Shown here piece after piece: positions 1 through 8,764 of a stretch of 29,797 nucleotides of DNA (position 1 is the first letter of the stretch; each line of letters opens with the position of its first letter). This DNA is from a virus (Duplodnaviria; Caudoviricetes). The notes below the pieces were generated by a model. The model did no database searches, was not told where the DNA came from, and saw nothing but the letters and a program-made list of their open reading frames with translations. The stretch covers positions 1 to 29,797 of IMG/VR virus record IMGVR_UViG_3300005512_000230. One strand, given 5' to 3'. The translations under genes and the position numbers were made by a program.

Positions 1-1
1 A

Positions 2-3000
2 GGTAGAATCTTAGGAATTACCCTTGATTCTAATATTCTGCTTGATGAAAACTTTGCAGATAACAAAACCTTATGGCATGAAAATAAGCATGTGCTTGAT
101 AATCTTGGTATGATTACTCCAGCTGATGATGCCATGCTTAATCGTGAGTTTAATAAACTTCGTAAAGCTAATAAGCTAGATTTTGCTTTGAGTACTCATG
201 AAGATCCTAAGCAGCGAATGGTTGAGAATCGTGCGAATATGTTCGCTCAGATTATGGTGAATAGAGAGCAATATCGTAATACTCCATTCGGGAAAGTTAT
301 TCAACGAGTGATGGACTTTTTTAATCAATTGCTGAGTTTTGGCAAGCAATCAGTAAGTGGTTTAGCTCGTGAGGTAGAAAGTGGTAAGATATATGAACGT
401 CAGGTAAATGGACAGACTATTAATACTACTGTTCCTCAGAATGAGGTTATTGCTAAGCAATGGTATTCATCTCTTGAGAATGCTGTGACTGGGTTTAAAC
501 AGAAGATTGCTACACCTGATCAGTGGAAAGGAATGATCAAGAAGTATCCTGGAGTTAAGCAGGAAGAGCTTGATTGGATTGGTCTTGAGGATTGGTTGGC
601 TGATCAGCAAGGTAAAGTTACTAAAGATGATTTGTTAAAGTTTATTCAGGAAAATAATGTTCAGCTTGAAGAAGTTATTAAACGAGATATTCAAGATAAT
701 TTAGATAATTTGAACAAACAATTAAATCCTTATGGATATTATGTTGAAGATGATTATGGTGATTTTGCTATCTTTGATAAAGAAGGAAATGATGTAAGTT
801 TTTTTGATACTCCAAAAGAAGTTCAACAATTACTAACAGACTTTAATAATGCTGAAGGAATTATATATGGCGAATACCAACTCCCAGGAAGTAAAAACTA
901 TAAAGAGCTATTACTAACTCTTCCAACAAAAGAAAATTCTCTAGATCAAGAAGCTCAGACAATGTTTGGTAAATCTTTTATGGATTTAACTAATGAAGAA
1001 TTACAACAGCTTCGTGATGTAAAACCTAATAATTATAAGTCTGGTCATTGGGATGAGCCTAACATCTTAACGCACATCCGGTTCAATGAACGAACAGATT
1101 CAGAAGGTAATAAAGTTTTATTTGTTGAAGAGATTCAAAGTGATTGGCATCAAAAAGGTAGGAAGGAAGGATATCAAACTGGAAATAAACTCACTTATGA
1201 TGATGTTATAATTGAAGAACTTTCAATTGACGAAGTAAAAAAATTAGCTGAAAATGATTCAATGGCTAAATGGGCTTTAGAAAATGCTATTGAGTATAGA
1301 GAAAATAATAATATTCCAATTAATCAACCTGTACTTTTTCATAGAATGAAAGGAGAACCTAGAAGTAGATCAGGGATGTATTTTGGAAAATCATTAACTA
1401 AACAAGAATTTTTTGATAATCATATTGCTACTGATAAAGATCCTAATACTGTTTATGGAGCATATAATACAAAAGATGATGGTAAAGTTCCTGACGCCCC
1501 ATTCAAAAAAGCATGGCCAATGCTCGCGATGAAGCGAATGGTTCGATATGCAGCTGAGAATGGTTTTGATAAGATTGCGTGGACAACTGGCAAGCAACAA
1601 GCCGAGCGTTATCAAGGTGGTGATCCCTTAGATCAAATCAATAGACTTGAAGGCATGAAAGGTTTCTACGACAAGATGCTGCCTCAAATGTTGAATAAAG
1701 AATTTAACCGAGGGCAGTGGGACAAAGCTAAAGTTGAAGTCAGTGATATTCCTCAAGGTGAGTATAACCCATTAACTAAAAAGCATTATCATGATGGTTA
1801 TGAGGTTAAGGCAGAGCAATTCTTAAGTTTACCAATAACTGATCGGATGCGTGATAAAGCATTGCGTGAAGGGATGCCAATGTTCAATATTGATAACATT
1901 CCTGTATCTAAGCAAGTGCTTGCCGGATTGATTAATAAGAAAACTGATACAAAGACAAAAGAATTTGATAATTGGTTTGGAAGATCAGTAGCAAAAAATA
2001 AACAAGGCGAGCCAATCGTTTTTTATCATGGCACTGATGAAGTCTTTGAGGAATTTAGTAAAGAACATCCAGCAGCATCTCGTCATATGACTGCTGATCT
2101 TGGACATTTTTTTACGCTTAATCGCAACCTAGCAAAAAGTTATGGTCAGCATCAAATGCCAGTTTATTTAAGACTTGAGAAGCCTTATAAGATGTCTTTG
2201 CAAGAATCACAGTCTTTTAAGTCACCACAGGAATCAGCGGCGTATCAAGAGCAGCTTAAAGCGCAGGGATATGATTCTATAGTTATCGAAACTGGAAATA
2301 CTCCTTATGTTGTTGCATTTGAATCAGGTCAGGCGAAAAGTATTTACAATCAAGGTGAATGGGTTGATCCTTCTAATGTTTATTTTCAGACTGCTGAAAT
2401 AGCTACTGAGCAAAAACTTTCTGATAAACAATATGAGGAAAGTTTCAAAGAGAAAACTAATCTATTACAAAACATTAAGCAAATCACAGGTATACGTGCA
2501 CATGAACTGAAGTTACTTGCGGATAAATTAACTGGATCAATATCAACTCGATTAGCTAATGCAAATCCAATGCTTCGTGATAAGATGCGTAAGCTTGACT
2601 TTGATACTTCTCAAAGAATTATTAGTGCATTACGCACGGCGAAACCACTGCTTGACAAGACTAAAGAAATGTCACCTGCTGATAAGCATGCATGGGACTT
2701 AGCTAGAAAGCAAGGTGATACAGTAAAGATCAATAATATAGCTACGAAGTATGGAATGTTGGAAGATCAGGAAAAACTTCGTGATGTTATGAATAGTCTT
2801 AGACAGCAAGCTATTGACGTTGGATATGATGTTGGATTTATTGATGAATACTGGCCACGCATAATCAAAGATCAAGAAGGTTTCTTGCAAGCAACTCAAG
2901 GACTTTCTGAACGCCCTGAATTTACTGATGCACTCAAGGCAAAAGCTACAAAGATGGGAATCAGTATCGAAGAGTTACAACAAGATTTTCCTGAAGTTAC

Positions 3001-4774
3001 TGCTGATATCATTAGTAGCATGATCTTAGGTCGAGGTACTGGACTTGGTGGCCCTGGTAATATTCAAGGGAGGGTATTTGAAACAATTCCAAAAGAATAT
3101 GAAAAATTCTATATGAATTCTGATGCTGCACTGAGGCAATATATTTATTCAATGACAAAGAAGATCGAGGCTCGAAAATTCTTTGGTAAGATTCCACCGA
3201 AGATTCAAGCACATAAAAATTCAATTACTAAAGCACAAGTTTTGAGAGATAAACTTAATCCAGAACAAGATCAAGACAGGATTAATGAACTTAATGATAG
3301 TATTACACTTCACGAAGCTGCCTTAGATAAATATAAAAATCAACGAGATTATACAGAAAACATTGGTGCTTATATTTCCGAATTAATGATCACTGGACAG
3401 TTGCATAAAAAAGATGAGCGAATTGTTCGTGAGATTTTAGAAGCTCGTTTTAAGGAACATGGGACAACTGGTGTTGTCAATGCATATAAGAATCTTGCTT
3501 GTATTGATGTTATGGGCAATCTAATATCAGCGTTAACACAGATTGGTGATCTTGCTTGGGCAGCTTATGTTGGTAAAGCCTGGACACCAAAAGGTTTTGC
3601 CAATACTACAAAGAATCTTATTAATGCTGCATTGAATAAATCAAAAGTAACTAAAGAAGATTTAGGCATTGAAAGGATTGCTCAAGAGTTTGCTGATGGA
3701 ACTACTCTTGGTAATGCTGTTAGTTTTGTTTTTAATAAAGTTGGACTTACTAAAATGGATTCTATTGGTAAAGAGACTTTAATCAATAATGCTTTAATGA
3801 ATTTTCAAGAGCAAATCAAAACTGATTATGGTATGAAAACTCTTGAGAAACAAATCAGACCAATGTTTGGTAAAGAAACTAAACAAGTAATAAAAGACTT
3901 GGCTGCAGATGTTCATTCACCTAATGTTAAACTGTTGCTTTATTCTAAGTTGCTTGATTTTCAGCCAGCTGCATTAAGTGAAATGCCTGAGTATTATTTG
4001 AAAGGTGGTAATGGTAGAGTCTTATATATGTTAAAAACATATACATTGAAACAAATGGATGTGTTTAGGCGAGAGGTATTTCATGAACTTTCTAGCGGCG
4101 ATCCTAAAAGAATTATGACTGGTCTTGGCAATATGTCAAAACTTTTAATGATGCTGACACTCGCTAATGCTGGTGCTGATGAACTTAAAGATTTTGTTTT
4201 AGGAAAAGAAACAAGTTTCAAAGATAATGTTATCGAAAACTTTTTAACTCTTGGAGGCGCTTCTCGCTACATGCGAGCAGAGATAACTCAGGAAGGTATT
4301 GGATCAGCTACAGCACAGAAAATACTTCCTCCATTTAAATTCATTAATGCAGCAGGCTCTGATATCAAAGAAAGAATTGTTACTGGCGATATTGCAGAAG
4401 GGCTAAGATCACTTGAATCAATTCCCTTTGTAGGTAAATTGGCTTATTGGCATTATGGAAGAGGAGCGGAATTTAAGCAGACTCAGGAAGAACAAGACTT
4501 TAAAAAGGTAGGAAAAGAAGTAAGAAAGTTTAAAGAGAAGGCTGATAAAGCAACTGATAAAAGATTATTCTTTCAGTCTAATCCAGATGATTTTAAGCAA
4601 ATGATGTTATATCAGAATTTTCAAAAAATGCTTAATGGAAATAAAGCTACCATTAATAAACTTGAAAAACTTGAACAAACTCCTAATGTAGTGAAACGAT
4701 TAGGTCAATTAGAAAATCAACGTGAAATGTTTTATGAAAGATATTTTGAACTATCAAAAGGTCTAATTAAGTAA
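2..4774 (+). CDS. Large polyvalent / internal virion protein, 5'-truncated by the window edge (metallopeptidase motif, EEIQSD domain, ART-like domain, helical C-terminus)
   Basis: Frame is open from base 2 (GRILGITLDSNILLDENFADNKTLWHENKHVLD...), so the called start at 92 is an artefact. HENKH (77-91) with downstream ENRANMF is zincin-like. FDNWFGRS..GEPIVFYHGT..HFFT..PVYLRLEKP..GYDSI..QAKS matches ART-PolyVal-type domains. Confidence 0.8.
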   Translation, partial: GRILGITLDSNILLDENFADNKTLWHENKHVLDNLGMITPADDAMLNREFNKLRKANKLDFALSTHEDPKQRMVENRANMFAQIMVNREQYRNTPFGKVIQRVMDFFNQLLSFGKQSVSGLAREVESGKIYERQVNGQTINTTVPQNEVIAKQWYSSLENAVTGFKQKIATPDQWKGMIKKYPGVKQEELDWIGLEDWLADQQGKVTKDDLLKFIQENNVQLEEVIKRDIQDNLDNLNKQLNPYGYYVEDDYGDFAIFDKEGNDVSFFDTPKEVQQLLTDFNNAEGIIYGEYQLPGSKNYKELLLTLPTKENSLDQEAQTMFGKSFMDLTNEELQQLRDVKPNNYKSGHWDEPNILTHIRFNERTDSEGNKVLFVEEIQSDWHQKGRKEGYQTGNKLTYDDVIIEELSIDEVKKLAENDSMAKWALENAIEYRENNNIPINQPVLFHRMKGEPRSRSGMYFGKSLTKQEFFDNHIATDKDPNTVYGAYNTKDDGKVPDAPFKKAWPMLAMKRMVRYAAENGFDKIAWTTGKQQAERYQGGDPLDQINRLEGMKGFYDKMLPQMLNKEFNRGQWDKAKVEVSDIPQGEYNPLTKKHYHDGYEVKAEQFLSLPITDRMRDKALREGMPMFNIDNIPVSKQVLAGLINKKTDTKTKEFDNWFGRSVAKNKQGEPIVFYHGTDEVFEEFSKEHPAASRHMTADLGHFFTLNRNLAKSYGQHQMPVYLRLEKPYKMSLQESQSFKSPQESAAYQEQLKAQGYDSIVIETGNTPYVVAFESGQAKSIYNQGEWVDPSNVYFQTAEIATEQKLSDKQYEESFKEKTNLLQNIKQITGIRAHELKLLADKLTGSISTRLANANPMLRDKMRKLDFDTSQRIISALRTAKPLLDKTKEMSPADKHAWDLARKQGDTVKINNIATKYGMLEDQEKLRDVMNSLRQQAIDVGYDVGFIDEYWPRIIKDQEGFLQATQGLSERPEFTDALKAKATKMGISIEELQQDFPEVTADIISSMILGRGTGLGGPGNIQGRVFETIPKEYEKFYMNSDAALRQYIYSMTKKIEARKFFGKIPPKIQAHKNSITKAQVLRDKLNPEQDQDRINELNDSITLHEAALDKYKNQRDYTENIGAYISELMITGQLHKKDERIVREILEARFKEHGTTGVVNAYKNLACIDVMGNLISALTQIGDLAWAAYVGKAWTPKGFANTTKNLINAALNKSKVTKEDLGIERIAQEFADGTTLGNAVSFVFNKVGLTKMDSIGKETLINNALMNFQEQIKTDYGMKTLEKQIRPMFGKETKQVIKDLAADVHSPNVKLLLYSKLLDFQPAALSEMPEYYLKGGNGRVLYMLKTYTLKQMDVFRREVFHELSSGDPKRIMTGLGNMSKLLMMLTLANAGADELKDFVLGKETSFKDNVIENFLTLGGASRYMRAEITQEGIGSATAQKILPPFKFINAAGSDIKERIVTGDIAEGLRSLESIPFVGKLAYWHYGRGAEFKQTQEEQDFKKVGKEVRKFKEKADKATDKRLFFQSNPDDFKQMMLYQNFQKMLNGNKATINKLEKLEQTPNVVKRLGQLENQREMFYERYFELSKGLIK

Positions 4775-4778
4775 CAAG

Positions 4779-4820
4779 TAAGGCAGGATAAGTTAAGTAA
4801 AATCTATCCTGCCTTATTTT
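4779..4820. terminator. Bidirectional intrinsic terminator between the convergent arms
   Basis: 12-bp perfect inverted repeat TAAGGCAGGATA (4779-4790) / TATCCTGCCTTA (4805-4816) followed by a T-run, lying between two convergent stop codons. Confidence 0.8.
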
Positions 4821-4822
4821 AT

Positions 4823-5038
4823 TTAGTCATTACTGCCGCCCATAGCACGAGTAACAGCCGCACAAAAATCATCTAATAACATTCTTGTTTCAAGATTTTC
4901 TGGTCTGTTCTCGTAAGGAGGGCAGCATTGAATGAAATTTTCACCTAGCATAAAATAAAAATTATCACCATTACGTAATGTTATGCAATGTCTTTTACAA
5001 TCTTCAATATCATTATTTTTTGTATCAGCCATAATCAA
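4823..5038 (-). CDS. Hypothetical protein (71 aa)
   Basis: ORF coupled to the upstream gene, with GGAGG upstream; true start is probably MADTK. Confidence 0.6.
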   Translation of the reverse strand: MIMADTKNNDIEDCKRHCITLRNGDNFYFMLGENFIQCCPPYENRPENLETRMLLDDFCAAVTRAMGGSND

Positions 5039-5598
5039 TAATTTCTAACCTCCCAAAAAATTGTATTATTTTCTGGTACATTTCCTAGAATATGATCGTA
5101 TGTACTAAACTCAACTATTGCCAAAGGGTAAGTAGCGAATAATCTTTTAAGATTTCTCATACTTTCTTTTGAAAAATATTTTTGCAATAAGAAAATAGCT
5201 TCGTTGCCAATCAAACTTTCTGGATGCTCCATTGCTTTGCGCATATTGGTTTTTTCTGTTGAGTAGCTTAATATATATTTTTTACCAGCAAGTTCTTGAA
5301 TCTCTCCTTGAATAAGTAAATGATCATCGGGAGCTGATTCATTAAACTTGACTTTGTACATATCAGCGCCTTCATTAACCCATTGAGTTATTAAAGAACA
5401 TACATCGTTTCTTGCAATATTATATGCACACCATTTGTTTGTTTTATCAGCATATCGCATTGTAACATTGCCACAAAAATCAGATTTGCATAAAGCATTA
5501 TAGTTATGCCAGTTACGCAATTGGTTTCCAAATTCACCAGCTTCATATAAAGCATAACTTGTTTTCTTGTCGGGTATTCCTTTATACATAGTAAACAT
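5035..5598 (-). CDS. Conserved phage protein, possibly a minimal ATP-grasp-like fold
   Basis: 187 aa with AAGGAG RBS. Motifs K..Y..Y..G.FGN, VTMRY, IQGEI and IVEFS...IFWEVR loosely resemble PPDK/PEP-synthase-type ATP-grasp ends. The fold call is weak. Confidence 0.45.
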   Translation of the reverse strand: MFTMYKGIPDKKTSYALYEAGEFGNQLRNWHNYNALCKSDFCGNVTMRYADKTNKWCAYNIARNDVCSLITQWVNEGADMYKVKFNESAPDDHLLIQGEIQELAGKKYILSYSTEKTNMRKAMEHPESLIGNEAIFLLQKYFSKESMRNLKRLFATYPLAIVEFSTYDHILGNVPENNTIFWEVRNY

Positions 5599-5616
5599 AA
5601 CTCCTTTGCAATAATA

Positions 5617-6189
5617 TTAAATAAACTCAGGATGATCAAGTTGATCAAATACTTCCTTTAAAAATGTTTGCCAATCAGCAATCCGATGATTAAGTCTTTG
5701 CAAAGAAATATGCCTGATTACCTTGTAATTTAAGTTTACTTCTCGCTCCTGCAAATATCCTTGTGGCAATGCTTTTGATTTTATCCTGGGTTCCTGATAA
5801 TCAAGCATTGTAAGGTAGTTAAGATATATTTGCATATCATAAGTAGATTTAAATTCTTCGGCTTTAAGATCTAAATGTGCGGGCACTATAGGTGTTTTAT
5901 CAAGTGTATGCATTGTTGAAGCTGATTGTTTACTTACACCAATGCGATAAGTATCAAATTGTTTCCACCATTCAAGAGTTGCTTCAATAGAGAACCATAC
6001 TTGAATATGCTCAAGAAATTTATTATGTCCTTTATCGCGGGATGAATTTGCAAGTGCTGCTTTATATGTCTTTTCTTTTCTTTCTTCAGTCCACCACTCA
6101 TCCATACTTATTCCTGCTTTACGATAAGAAAGACTAAATCCATACAGTGCTGCATTAAATCCTGCTTCGTCAAGTTTGATTACTTTCAT
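5617..6189 (-). CDS. ThyX-like (flavin-dependent thymidylate synthase fold) protein, divergent
   Basis: GHNKFLEHIQVWFSI..WWKQFDTYRIGVSKQSASTMH..LPQG..NLNY..QRLNHR follows the ThyX architecture, but RHR is replaced by TYR. Confidence 0.7.
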   Translation of the reverse strand: MKVIKLDEAGFNAALYGFSLSYRKAGISMDEWWTEERKEKTYKAALANSSRDKGHNKFLEHIQVWFSIEATLEWWKQFDTYRIGVSKQSASTMHTLDKTPIVPAHLDLKAEEFKSTYDMQIYLNYLTMLDYQEPRIKSKALPQGYLQEREVNLNYKVIRHISLQRLNHRIADWQTFLKEVFDQLDHPEFI

Positions 6190-6192
6190 TTT

Positions 6193-6501
6193 TTATTCTC
6201 CTTTAATAAAATCATGTGAATGAATAGCTTTATCATCTATATAACAATCACTGCCACCTTTACCAAGCATTATGCCGTGAAAAGGAACATGATACTGAAT
6301 TAACCAACTAGCAATCTTTGAAGCATCTGACCATAGTCGAGCTGACCAAATAATAATTATATTGCCAGCAAAGTAAAGTTCCTGCACTCTAGTAATCATT
6401 TCGTTATCAGGACGAAGAATTTCATAAGAATCACCTGTAGTAAGTGTTCCATCAAAATCAACATTATAAACTTTTCTACTACTATTGTCACGGTAAATCA
6501 T
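6193..6501 (-). CDS. Minimal HAD-superfamily phosphatase
   Basis: Motif I VDFDGTL, motif II WSAR, motif III K, motif IV YIDDKA. Likely start is the ATG at 6501 with GAGG upstream. Confidence 0.85.
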   Translation of the reverse strand: MIYRDNSSRKVYNVDFDGTLTTGDSYEILRPDNEMITRVQELYFAGNIIIIWSARLWSDASKIASWLIQYHVPFHGIMLGKGGSDCYIDDKAIHSHDFIKGE

Positions 6502-6808
6502 AATAATCTTCATCCTCGTTATATGTTTCAAGTGCTTTTTCATAAATGATATCTTCATAAAAAGCAAGTATGTAATTTGCTAACTTATCACTTTCTTGTA
6601 ACTGGGTATTAATTTGACATGTTAATTTTTTGCAAAATATTTTTGGAGCAAGTTCTAAATGATATTCATTTATCTCAATCATTTCAGGAAAACCAGGCTC
6701 ACCGCCAGAACTGTATGTAGGACCAGTTTCTTTTTCTTCTGGAATATATTCAAAATCATCAATAATAAATATCCAATCAAGATTATTATGTTTAATTTGT
6801 ATTTCCAT
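6488..6808 (-). CDS. Hypothetical acidic protein (106 aa)
   Basis: ORF overlaps both neighbours; GGAGAG RBS. Confidence 0.6.
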   Translation of the reverse strand: MEIQIKHNNLDWIFIIDDFEYIPEEKETGPTYSSGGEPGFPEMIEINEYHLELAPKIFCKKLTCQINTQLQESDKLANYILAFYEDIIYEKALETYNEDEDYYDLP

Positions 6809-7793
6809 TATTTTTCTCTCCGATTTTAATTGGACATGGTTTAACCAGATTTTGTTTTTGAATATTTAAACAATATTCTTTATACAAAGCCATTACAGCA
6901 GGATATTCATTAATCCAATTAAATAAATCTTGACTGGTCTTTTGAGCACAATGTCCATGATGACATTTAAAACCTAATCTGCCATTATTATGAATATAAA
7001 GAAGTGTTCCTGTATCTTCTTGATTTGTATGTTCATTTTGCCAAGGACAACTAATTGAGAATTTATTCTCTCCAAGATGTTCTTTCGAAGTAAGTAAGTG
7101 CCAAATAGGATGTTCCTCATGACTAATTATTGGAAGATCATCATCAATGATTTTTTGCTTAATTTGCTGTGTCAGATCTAAATTAAATTCTTGTGCAAAA
7201 GAATCAAGATTAATATTTGTTTCTGGTTGCCATAAAATCATTCGGCACTTGAAAAGCTGTCCGTTATTTAAAGCAACTTTTTTTTCTTTGGTATTCCAGC
7301 CTTCAGGCAATCGAACATATCTTGTAACGCCCAACATACCGCTATCAATACCATCTGGACAAATAGTTGCAACCAAACCTTTTAAAAGAATTTCTATTTT
7401 TAATCGATCTTTGCAAGGAGTATCTAATATATACCCCCACTGTTGACTGCCTGGAGAAGTTTCTAAAATCCAACTTGGCGCTGGTTTATCAAATAATAAT
7501 GCAGGATTGATTTTTTCTCCAACATCATCAATAACTATACAATAAGTTGCTTTAAAAAGTTCTTTTCTTCTACGAGCTTGATTATCTTTTGTTGGATGAA
7601 ATAGACTAATGGTAAAATATTGATTTGCATAATCTTTTAAAAAATAATTAATGTAATGATTTCCTAACCATGCTTTTCTACTGACATCAGTAAACTCACA
7701 ACCTGGATCATGAAAAAAATCTGTTACATGCGCCCAAATAAAATTTTCTTTAAAGATAGCAAATAAAAATTCTTGATTCGTGACTGTAATCAT
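6792..7793 (-). CDS. RepB-type (AEP superfamily) DNA primase with C-terminal Zn-binding domain
   Basis: IVIDDVG, PSWILETSPGSQQWGY, TRYVRLPEG; CPWQNEH...CHHGHC. Likely start is MITVT at 7793 (ORF track start 7820). Confidence 0.85.
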   Translation of the reverse strand: MITVTNQEFLFAIFKENFIWAHVTDFFHDPGCEFTDVSRKAWLGNHYINYFLKDYANQYFTISLFHPTKDNQARRRKELFKATYCIVIDDVGEKINPALLFDKPAPSWILETSPGSQQWGYILDTPCKDRLKIEILLKGLVATICPDGIDSGMLGVTRYVRLPEGWNTKEKKVALNNGQLFKCRMILWQPETNINLDSFAQEFNLDLTQQIKQKIIDDDLPIISHEEHPIWHLLTSKEHLGENKFSISCPWQNEHTNQEDTGTLLYIHNNGRLGFKCHHGHCAQKTSQDLFNWINEYPAVMALYKEYCLNIQKQNLVKPCPIKIGEKNNGNTN

Positions 7794-7814
7794 TTTAAAA
7801 TCTCTCGACTGATT

Positions 7815-7828
7815 GTTCATTGTTGAAC
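7815..7828. promoter_or_regulatory. Palindromic site GTTCA-N4-TGAAC, copy 1 (upstream of primase)
   Basis: GTTCATTGTTGAAC; one of four copies found. Confidence 0.6.
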
Positions 7829-7851
7829 GTCAAGTTATTGTTTTTCCAAAG

Positions 7852-7902
7852 ATAAATTAAAAGGACTAACAGAACTTAATGCTGAAAGTCCTTTTAATTT
7901 AT
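7852..7902. terminator. Inverted repeat, probable terminator downstream of the exonuclease gene
   Basis: 16-bp perfect arms ATAAATTAAAAGGACT / AGTCCTTTTAATTTAT with a 19-nt loop. Confidence 0.6.
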
Positions 7903-8027
7903 TTCCCCTTCGATGTCTATTATAGTTAGGTTATCTCTGCGGGGACGCTTCACACAGAAGCTGTTAATTACTTACTTGGCTAACGCCGATGTCGATGTTT
8001 AGTAATAATAATAATCACCTCCTTTAA

Positions 8028-8648
8028 TTAAAATTCAATTGTAATAATTTCTTGCTTTATTAATTCAAAGAAACAATTCTTAGTTGCAGTAATATCTGCA
8101 AAAGCATCATGAGCATCTGCAAAACCTTCTCCAAATAATTTCTCATGCAACTCGATAAGCTTTGGCCATTTAATAGCTCCTTTTACATTTCGAGCTTTAA
8201 CATGTTGCTTTACTTCTTTACTTTTCATTGTACAAAAAGATGGCAAGTCAAGATAAAATGCTGATCGAGCTTCGTCTGATAAATCATCTATGTTACGCTC
8301 AAGCATTTGATAAACAAACGCCCAATCAAAATCAAAGTTATGACACACAATCATATCAGCTTGACGAAGCAATAAACCAAACTTTTCTGCTACTTCTATT
8401 TCTGGAAGACCTTCTGTCTCTGATTGCTCTATTGAAATACCATGTATTTTTTGTGCATGATAATTCATTTCACGACCATTCGCTTGAATTATATGATTTA
8501 TTTTGTCAAGATCTTCGTTCTGCGTAGATAAGATTGCACCAACTTGGACTGCCCATGCTTGCTCTGGATCATTTGCAGGAATTTTCTTTGAAATAAATCC
8601 TGACGTTTCTACATCAAATAACAATACTTTTGTTTCTTCATTAAACAT
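8028..8648 (-). CDS. DEDDh 3'-5' exonuclease (DnaQ/epsilon-like)
   Basis: FDVETSG, IHGI, CHNFDFD, AHDAFAD. Confidence 0.92.
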   Translation of the reverse strand: MFNEETKVLLFDVETSGFISKKIPANDPEQAWAVQVGAILSTQNEDLDKINHIIQANGREMNYHAQKIHGISIEQSETEGLPEIEVAEKFGLLLRQADMIVCHNFDFDWAFVYQMLERNIDDLSDEARSAFYLDLPSFCTMKSKEVKQHVKARNVKGAIKWPKLIELHEKLFGEGFADAHDAFADITATKNCFFELIKQEIITIEF

Positions 8649-8662
8649 AATAGCTCCTTTAA

Positions 8663-8746
8663 TTATCTAAATATAAGATACCCTGCAAAAATAATAAGCA
8701 TAATCCAGATAATATCCAATAATGCTTGCTTATCTTCTGGTGACAT
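8663..8746 (-). CDS. Small single-pass membrane protein (27 aa, below the ORF track cutoff)
   Basis: MSPEDKQALLDIIWIMLIIFAGYLIFR with AAGGAG RBS; fills the intergenic gap. Confidence 0.65.
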   Translation of the reverse strand: MSPEDKQALLDIIWIMLIIFAGYLIFR

Positions 8747-8764
8747 TTTTAAGACTCCTTAATC

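Noticed and set aside
1394-3224. Three short - strand ORFs inside the giant gene
   Set aside because: Antisense shadows with no RBS or motifs.
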